From assembly GCA_905479875.1 (NCBI GenBank), contig CAJQOG010000060.1, positions 3,853 through 67,852 on the forward strand: DNA of 64,000 bases. The letters are read 5' to 3'. The position numbers and the translations under genes were made by a program. Shown piece by piece: positions 57,754 through 64,000 of this stretch. Source of the stretch: an uncultured Gammaproteobacteria bacterium. Lineage in GTDB: Bacteria; Pseudomonadota; Gammaproteobacteria; Steroidobacterales; JABDMI01. The notes beneath the pieces are model-generated. The model saw only the letters and a program-made list of their open reading frames with translations, did no database searches and was not told the DNA's origin. The stretch's first letter is position 1. Each line of letters begins with the position of its first letter.

Positions 57754-58107
57754 CTAAAGAATTATTTGTATCACGTCGTTTTCACGCACGCATTTAAGCG
57801 AATTTAATTGCTTCCCTACGCAAGGCCCTGCATCACAAATACCTGTATGCAACTCAAACATTGCTCCGTGCGCTGCACACATTATCTTACTCGCATCTTT
57901 ATTTAAAAACCTATCAGGCTTCCACTGCAACATGCGGCCTTGGTGTGGACAATTATTTGCATAAGCAAAAATTTCCTCGCCCTTTTGCACTACAAATCCA
58001 AAATATGGGCGATTGTTTTGGTACAAAACAAACTCTTTGCTGTTCAAAACATTTAATTCATTTTGAGTGCAAACAGGAAAAAGGCGTTGTTTATTTTCAG
58101 TGGTCAT
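57754..58107 (-). CDS. Rieske (2Fe-2S) domain protein
   Basis: CPHQG...(17 aa)...CAAHG Rieske motif. Confidence 0.8.
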   Translation of the reverse strand: MTTENKQRLFPVCTQNELNVLNSKEFVLYQNNRPYFGFVVQKGEEIFAYANNCPHQGRMLQWKPDRFLNKDASKIMCAAHGAMFELHTGICDAGPCVGKQLNSLKCVRENDVIQIIL

Positions 58108-58197
58108 AAGGACTTTATTCGTAAATTGATGAACGGCATCGTATAATCCAAGCGAATTATGCTTTGATTTTTCAACAAAGCCAAGGATTAATCTTTA

Positions 58198-58644
58198 ATG
58201 AATACCAAAGTAAGTCCCATACCAACACCGCCGTTTAAGACGGCTTTTCTTGCTGAACAAGCTTTTTATCTTGCTTTTGTTCGTAAAGACATAAAATTAA
58301 TGGAGAAGGTCTGGGCGAATACTGTAACCACTTATTGCTTACACCCAGCTCAACAACCGTTAGTTGGTACAACCGCAATTATGAATAGTTGGCAGCAAGT
58401 ATTTTCTTCTATTCAAACAACTCAATTAAAAATTGAACATCAAAATATCGGTAGCGACAAAAATTTAGCAGTGCATCGTGTAACTGAACACATCAGTATG
58501 AAAACGAAAGAAAAAACCGAACAACAGGCCACCATACATTCTATTAACACTTTTCAATGCATCAATAATAACTGGTATATGATTTCGCATCATTCCGCAC
58601 CAGCTCCTGAAATTGTTAAACCGCAAGGTGCGGCGATTCATTAA
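58198..58644 (+). CDS. NTF2-like / SnoaL-DUF4440-like protein
   Basis: Size and pattern (AF..AF...D...M..VWA; W.MISHHSAP) fit the NTF2 fold. Weak call. Confidence 0.55.
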   Translation: MNTKVSPIPTPPFKTAFLAEQAFYLAFVRKDIKLMEKVWANTVTTYCLHPAQQPLVGTTAIMNSWQQVFSSIQTTQLKIEHQNIGSDKNLAVHRVTEHISMKTKEKTEQQATIHSINTFQCINNNWYMISHHSAPAPEIVKPQGAAIH

Positions 58645-58646
58645 AT

Positions 58647-59999
58647 TTAGAGATTGCCATCTTTAAATAAAGGATGTTTCCGTAATAGCTTACCTAAATA
58701 GAGAAGTATCAGTAAGGCTGGAATCACCATTAACGCGGTTATAACAAAGAAAATAAACCAGTTTCCATTTAACGCATCCACCATATAACCACTTCCAGAA
58801 GATACCGACGTTCTACCCATATTTCCTATTGAAACAAATAAGGCGTACTGAGTAGCTGTATATGAACGACTGGTAAAGAAGGATACAAAAGCGATAAATG
58901 CCACTGTTGATAAAGCTACCGTGAAATTATCTAATATCAAGGTAACAAAAAACAACAGCTCATTAGGTCCAATTATTGACATAGCAGCAAAAAGCAAATT
59001 GGTTGCCGACATTGCAACGCCACCAATAAACAAACCCCTTATCAAGCCATAACGAGTATTCAGCATCGCTCCTAAAAACGCGAAAATGGCTGTTGAGATC
59101 CCACCAATAAATTTTGAGTAGAAACCGATTTGGTCTGTGGAAAAACCTATTTCTTTGTAAAAAACTAAGGACATTCTTCCCAAAAATGCTTCACCCAATT
59201 TAAATGTAAATATAAATATTAAAAGCGCTATGGCAATATCTTTACCGCAGCGTTCAAAAAATTCAGTAAAAGGATTTATAAATGTTTTAACAAACCATTC
59301 TGATAAAGATAGTTTATCTTTACCTAAAGCATTAAATAGTTCTTCATTCGTATCGGTATGAACTTTAGGCAACAGAAACAAAAGTGCAATTTGCAATAAA
59401 ACTAACACCGTTAACACTTGGTAAACATCTGGCCATTCCATGCCAACTTTCTCACCACCCAAAAATAAAGCTAAAGCGCCACCAATAAAGCCATAACCTG
59501 CATACCAACCGCCTGTTGCCGCCGCCGCCGCATAAGGCATTTTTTCAACTTCATCTTCGTCCAGCACATCAATACGATAGGCATCAATCGCAATATCTTG
59601 AGTGGCTGATGCAATTGCTATAAGCAATGCTGCCAAGCCTAACAACCAAATATTTTCTTCAGGATCAATTCTGCTTAATGAAAAAGTACCTATAGCGATA
59701 AAGACCAAACAAACAGCAATCCATGACCGACGCTGATCAAGCAATTTATACAGAATTGGAATTCTTAATCGGTCAAGTAAAGGTGCCCATGTGAAATTTA
59801 AGGCATACATAGTTCCAACAATGCCAAGAAAGCCAATGGTACTACGAGAAAATTCTAAGTCTTTTAACCACAAGGTTAATACTGAGCCATGTAATATCCA
59901 TGGAAACCCGCTCATAAACCCGAGCAATAAGATACTTAAGATGCGCGTATCATTTAAGGCTCTTAAGGTATCAGCAAAACTTAGTGTTTTAGTAGACAA
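58647..59999 (-). CDS. ampG: AmpG-family muropeptide MFS permease
   Basis: N-terminus collinear with E. coli AmpG by recall (LLGFMSGFPWIL..SVLTLWLKD......IGF..IVGTMYALNFTWAPLLDR). About 12-14 TM helices. Confidence 0.8.
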   Translation of the reverse strand: MSTKTLSFADTLRALNDTRILSILLLGFMSGFPWILHGSVLTLWLKDLEFSRSTIGFLGIVGTMYALNFTWAPLLDRLRIPILYKLLDQRRSWIAVCLVFIAIGTFSLSRIDPEENIWLLGLAALLIAIASATQDIAIDAYRIDVLDEDEVEKMPYAAAAATGGWYAGYGFIGGALALFLGGEKVGMEWPDVYQVLTVLVLLQIALLFLLPKVHTDTNEELFNALGKDKLSLSEWFVKTFINPFTEFFERCGKDIAIALLIFIFTFKLGEAFLGRMSLVFYKEIGFSTDQIGFYSKFIGGISTAIFAFLGAMLNTRYGLIRGLFIGGVAMSATNLLFAAMSIIGPNELLFFVTLILDNFTVALSTVAFIAFVSFFTSRSYTATQYALFVSIGNMGRTSVSSGSGYMVDALNGNWFIFFVITALMVIPALLILLYLGKLLRKHPLFKDGNL

Positions 60000-60007
60000 G
60001 TAAAACC

Positions 60008-60787
60008 TTACAAATCGTAATCAACAATAAAAGGAGCATGATCCGAGAACTTCTGTTCTTTATAAACCTCTGTACGAATCACTTTGCCTTTTAATTTTGG
60101 TGATAACACTTGGTAATCAAGCCTCCATCCAACATTATTATTATAAGCCTGCCCTCGATTAGACCACCAGGTATAAGTTTCTGGCTCTTGGTCTAATTCA
60201 CGGAATGCATCCACATAACCCACTTCATCAAATAAGTTTGTTAGCCATTCACGCTCTTCAGGCAAACACCCAGAGTTTTTTTGATTAGATTTCCAGTTTT
60301 TAATGTCTTGTTCCGTATGGACAATATTCCAATCACCACAAATAATAAAATCTCGGCGTTTGCGTTTAAAATCTTTTAGTAAACCCATGAACAAATCCAT
60401 GAATCTAAATTTAGCCAACTGGCGTTCTTCTTTGGATGACCCAGACGGTAAATACACAGACAGTACCGATAACTTATCAAACTGAGCTTCAATTACACGA
60501 CCCTCATTGTTAAATTCATCCCATTTATCACTAACATCAACACCATAAATTACTTTCTTAGGTTTTTCTTTCGAATAGATTGCTGTACCGCTATATCCTT
60601 TTTTAACCGCATCAAAAAAGTAATTGTGATAACCCTTGGGATGAAATACATCATCAGTTAGCTGATGAACTTGTGCCTTTGTTTCTTGAATACAAATTAC
60701 GTCTGCATCAACCACAGTCAACCAATCAAAAAAACCTTTGCGCGCAGCGGCACGAATTCCATTGGTATTTACACTAATAACTCGCAT
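60008..60787 (-). CDS. xthA: exodeoxyribonuclease III
   Basis: MRVISVNTNGIR, ICIQETK, ICGDWNI, WRLDY, SDHAP. Confidence 0.9.
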   Translation of the reverse strand: MRVISVNTNGIRAAARKGFFDWLTVVDADVICIQETKAQVHQLTDDVFHPKGYHNYFFDAVKKGYSGTAIYSKEKPKKVIYGVDVSDKWDEFNNEGRVIEAQFDKLSVLSVYLPSGSSKEERQLAKFRFMDLFMGLLKDFKRKRRDFIICGDWNIVHTEQDIKNWKSNQKNSGCLPEEREWLTNLFDEVGYVDAFRELDQEPETYTWWSNRGQAYNNNVGWRLDYQVLSPKLKGKVIRTEVYKEQKFSDHAPFIVDYDL

Positions 60788-60914
60788 TTACTCTCTCTTT
60801 TCTAGCATATTTCATAACAATCGGTATCATAGCAGCATACTAAATGACTAAGGAAAAACTTAGTCATTAATTTTTATTACTACTTTTTTTAACTAATTTG
60901 CGAAAGAAATCATC

Positions 60915-61592
60915 ATGCTCGATTTTCAAAATAAATTCATTCAAATTGCTCAAGAATGCGGCTCCCTAAAATACGGAAAGTTCACCTTAAAGTCTGGTCG
61001 TGTTTCTCCGTACTTCTTTAATGCAGGCCTATTAAATACAGGCGCGGCTTTAGCGCAGCTTGCAAACTGCTATGCCGAACGAATTGCTATGGCGGTTGAG
61101 GCCGAGGGCTTAGAGTTTGATGTCCTTTTTGGACCAGCTTATAAAGGTATCCCACTCGCTGCAATTACAGCAGCTGCCCTTTCTAACAATCATAATATGA
61201 ATGTGCCATACGCCTTTAATCGCAAAGAAGCTAAAACTCACGGCGAAGGCGGCAGTATTGTTGGAGCTGAACTAAAAGGTAAAGTCCTAATTATTGATGA
61301 TGTAATAACCGCTGGTACTGCCATTCGAGAAGCGGCGAGTATCATTACTAATAATGGAGCAGAATTAGCTGGAGTAATTATTGCAGTCGATCGACAAGAA
61401 CGTGGCAGCACTGACACCGGTCTGAGTGAGCACTCTGCGGTACAAGAAGTTGAATCGCAATACGGCATTCCTGTACTCAGTATTTTAAATCTATCTCAAT
61501 TAATTGATCACTTAAAGCAATCAGGTGAAAATTTAAACACTTCACTTGATTCCATGCAGGCTTACCGTGATAAATATGGCCTAACAGCTTAA
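60915..61592 (+). CDS. pyrE: orotate phosphoribosyltransferase
   Basis: [33 protein letters not shown] motif [13 protein letters not shown]. Confidence 0.9.
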   Translation: MLDFQNKFIQIAQECGSLKYGKFTLKSGRVSPYFFNAGLLNTGAALAQLANCYAERIAMAVEAEGLEFDVLFGPAYKGIPLAAITAAALSNNHNMNVPYAFNRKEAKTHGEGGSIVGAELKGKVLIIDDVITAGTAIREAASIITNNGAELAGVIIAVDRQERGSTDTGLSEHSAVQEVESQYGIPVLSILNLSQLIDHLKQSGENLNTSLDSMQAYRDKYGLTA

Positions 61593-61800
61593 TCACCTCA
61601 CCAAATGTAAAATAATGACAAATTTTGTCATTTAAATGAATACCCTCCTCTTATGTATCTAAATTGAGAACATTTAAATTCAGTTTAAATTCAGCCACCT
61701 AAGATATGATAGGTCTATTATTGCTAGAAAATTAAGCATTGCTTTTGATTTGGCATAATATTTGTTACTATTAATATTAAAAATAGATAAATTAAACCGA

Positions 61801-62487
61801 ATGATAAATAAAACTAAACATAATATTCTGCCTAAAAAATATAAGCTAACAGCCCTAGTCATGCTTGTGGGCAGTTTACTAACCGCTACTTTTGCACAAG
61901 CAGGTTTATATCGTTGGGTAGATGAAAATGGAGTCGTGCACTTTGGCGATCGCATTCCTGCTAAATACGCAAAAATTGAACGAGAAATTTATAGCAGCCA
62001 AGGCGTAGTCATAGATGTGTTACCCGCTGAAAAGACCAAAGAAGAACTGGTTGCAGAAGAATTACAACGCCAATTAGCTCTTGAACAAGAACGATTAAGT
62101 AAATTATCTGCCTTACGCGATAAAACATTATTGGTCTCATATAACACGGTAAAAGACATAGAGCGTACGCGTGATGAAAAACTCGCTGTAACATTTTCTC
62201 AAATTGACTTACTAAACTTGAACTTAGAAAACTTGCGTCAGCAAAAAGAAAGTCTCACTGTGAGGACGGATATAGTTGCAAAGGGAAGTTCTCCAGACAA
62301 AGAAGATACTTTAGCTCGATTTGCTACACAAAAAATCAACAACGATATCGCTGAAAAAGACCTAATTACTAAGCGGAATGCTTTAGAAGCTGAAACTTAC
62401 AAAATCACTGCCTTTTTCGCCAAAGAAGCGGCTGATTTCACCTTACTGAAATTACAACAAGAAGCAAAAAAAGAGAGTAACCTCTAA
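61801..62487 (+). CDS. DUF4124-domain protein with a coiled-coil C-terminus
   Basis: Signal peptide then LYRWVDENGVVHFGD, the DUF4124 hallmark. ATG at 61801 is preferred to the upstream start at 61762. Confidence 0.7.
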   Translation: MINKTKHNILPKKYKLTALVMLVGSLLTATFAQAGLYRWVDENGVVHFGDRIPAKYAKIEREIYSSQGVVIDVLPAEKTKEELVAEELQRQLALEQERLSKLSALRDKTLLVSYNTVKDIERTRDEKLAVTFSQIDLLNLNLENLRQQKESLTVRTDIVAKGSSPDKEDTLARFATQKINNDIAEKDLITKRNALEAETYKITAFFAKEAADFTLLKLQQEAKKESNL

Positions 62488-62496
62488 ATATAGTTC

Positions 62497-62961
62497 TTAG
62501 CTTCTACCCGAGTGTCCAAAGCCTCCAGCGCCCCGCTCACTAGCAACAAAGTCTTCCACTAGATCAAACACAACTTGCTCAACTGGTACAAAAACCATTT
62601 GAGCAATCCGGTCGCCTGGCTGTATCTCATAGGCCTTTTGGCTCCTATTCCATAGGGAAATAAACACTTGACCCTGATAGTCAGAATCAATCAAGCCGGT
62701 TAAATTGCCCAAAACCAAGCCATGTTTATGACCCAACCCTGATCTAGGCCAAAGTACCGCTGCCAGACTTGGGTCATTAATGAAAATTGCTAAACCAGAT
62801 GGAATCAATTCTGTTTGCCCTGGCTCTATAGTCATTGGTGCGTCAATACAAGCTCGCAAATCCAGGCCTGCAGAGCCATCAGTGGCATAAGCGGGTACTG
62901 GAAATTCATCACCTAAACGAGAATCAAGTATTTTTAACTGAATTTTGCGAGCTGTAGACAT
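62497..62961 (-). CDS. dut: dUTP diphosphatase
   Basis: [44 protein letters not shown] at 62961 was chosen; the ORF extension to 63069 was discarded. Confidence 0.9.
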   Translation of the reverse strand: MSTARKIQLKILDSRLGDEFPVPAYATDGSAGLDLRACIDAPMTIEPGQTELIPSGLAIFINDPSLAAVLWPRSGLGHKHGLVLGNLTGLIDSDYQGQVFISLWNRSQKAYEIQPGDRIAQMVFVPVEQVVFDLVEDFVASERGAGGFGHSGRS

Positions 62962-63217
62962 AAGGTTTCTTCTTTTCAAAATTAGATAGTAATTAGAGAT
63001 GGCATTGTGGATTAGTGCTTTGATAAGGTCAAATAAAAAATTTTGTGACCATTCTATTGGAAATGTCATCTTTACTTTTTAAACCTGTAAAAAAACTAAA
63101 CATTTATCTTTCATTTCTTTTTGCAACGCAGCATATGGGGTAAAAAAGTCTATGCTTAAGCCTTTTCTACACATTAATGCTATATTGCAACGTCAGAAAA
63201 ACGCAAAAAGGTTCTTT

Positions 63218-64000
63218 ATGAAATTACGTAATCTCACAATCACGTTGGCAAGCGCTTGTTTATTAGCAGCTTGTAGCGGTAAGACTGACTCTGCCGATAT
63301 ATCAACAAACATAGTAGAAAAAACTGTAGCACTAACAAGCGGTATTGATACGTCTGGTTTTGATAAATCTGTACGTGTGCAAGATGATTTTTATAATCAT
63401 GTAAATGGTACTTGGTTAAAAAACACTGAAATACCTGCTGACAAATCAAACTACAGCATGTTTTCCAAAATTGCAGATCAAGCAGAACTTGATATTCGCA
63501 CAATTATTGAGGAAACAAGTAGCAAAAAAGATGCCCCTAAGGGCTCAGCTGCACAAAAAATTCGCGACTACTACAATACTTATACAAATGGTGCAGAAAA
63601 TCCAAGTGTAAATCTTGATGGCTTAAAAGAAGAGTTTGCTCTTATTGACGGCATCACCAATATTGATGACTTTTACAACGCTCTGGGAGAATTAGGCAAA
63701 GTTGGAGTTAATGGTCCAATTGGAGGCTACATTTATTCGGACCTTAAAAATCCTGATGTGTATGAGGTCTATCTAAGCCAGTCAGGAATTTCCTTACCTG
63801 ATAGAGACTACTATTTAGAAGATGATGAAAACTTTGTTAAAGGCCGAGAACTTTATAAAACTTATATCAAAACTATTACAGCATTTACAAACATGGACGG
63901 TGGAGATGATATTGCCAATAATATTTTGGCACTAGAAACGAATATTGCTACACACATGTGGCCAAAGGAAAAAAATCGTAATCCAGATTTGCGCTATAAC
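63218..64000 (+). CDS. M13 family metallopeptidase (PepO/endothelin-converting-enzyme-like) lipoprotein, N-terminal part; 3' end outside the window
   Basis: ATG at 63218, lipobox LAACSG, and the M13 N-terminal signature DDFYNHVNGTWL..TEIPADKS.YS.F. The frame is open to the window end. Confidence 0.85.
   Translation, partial: MKLRNLTITLASACLLAACSGKTDSADISTNIVEKTVALTSGIDTSGFDKSVRVQDDFYNHVNGTWLKNTEIPADKSNYSMFSKIADQAELDIRTIIEETSSKKDAPKGSAAQKIRDYYNTYTNGAENPSVNLDGLKEEFALIDGITNIDDFYNALGELGKVGVNGPIGGYIYSDLKNPDVYEVYLSQSGISLPDRDYYLEDDENFVKGRELYKTYIKTITAFTNMDGGDDIANNILALETNIATHMWPKEKNRNPDLRYN

Noticed and set aside
63240-63503. 87-aa minus-strand ORF.
   Set aside because: It is antisense to the clearly recognisable M13 peptidase N-terminus, which starts at 63218 on the plus strand.

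Overview
This is an AT-rich gammaproteobacterial chromosomal segment, densely coded on both strands. I saw no rRNA, CRISPR array, transposase, integrase or prophage signature. All protein calls rest on motifs recognised by eye and on recalled family sequences; no database search was run. The gene order parallels the Pseudomonas aeruginosa pilG-chpA / gshB / tonB3 / yqgE / ruvX / pyrB and pilT-pilU / yggS-proC-yggT neighbourhood. The main blocks are: (1) a B12 module with a cobalamin riboswitch, btuB, a PduO-type adenosyltransferase, btuF and a btuD-like ATPase; (2) ampD-ampE, with ampG further along; (3) a Pil-Chp twitching chemosensory cluster (pilG, pilH, pilI, pilJ, chpA, one extra cheW) without CheR/CheB genes; (4) three tandem PilT/PilU ATPases; (5) housekeeping genes (pdxH, rsmE, gshB, apbE, pyrB, pyrE, proC, mutY, yggX, trmB, xthA, dut, cysB-like, asmA, tRNA-Phe). 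The observations most worth follow-up are these. A roughly 250-nt intergenic minus-strand element at 54946-55197 carries eight GGA motifs, several in hairpin loops. It has a strong terminator and an upstream palindrome one symmetric substitution away from the GacA/UvrY box, so it is a candidate Csr/Rsm-type sRNA. A trmB-linked pair, a DAO-family FAD oxidoreductase plus a YtqB/MnmM-family methyltransferase, looks like a split MnmC pathway. A highly unusual Tyr/Gly/His/Arg/Ser-rich lipoprotein lies at 1726-2736. A translationally coupled BON / coiled-coil-HhH / PEBP operon lies at 35876-37898. A small AT-rich islet of orphan genes at 40265-42367 includes a structured terminator-ended RNA region. 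I did not find a clear multi-gene novel system such as a defence island.
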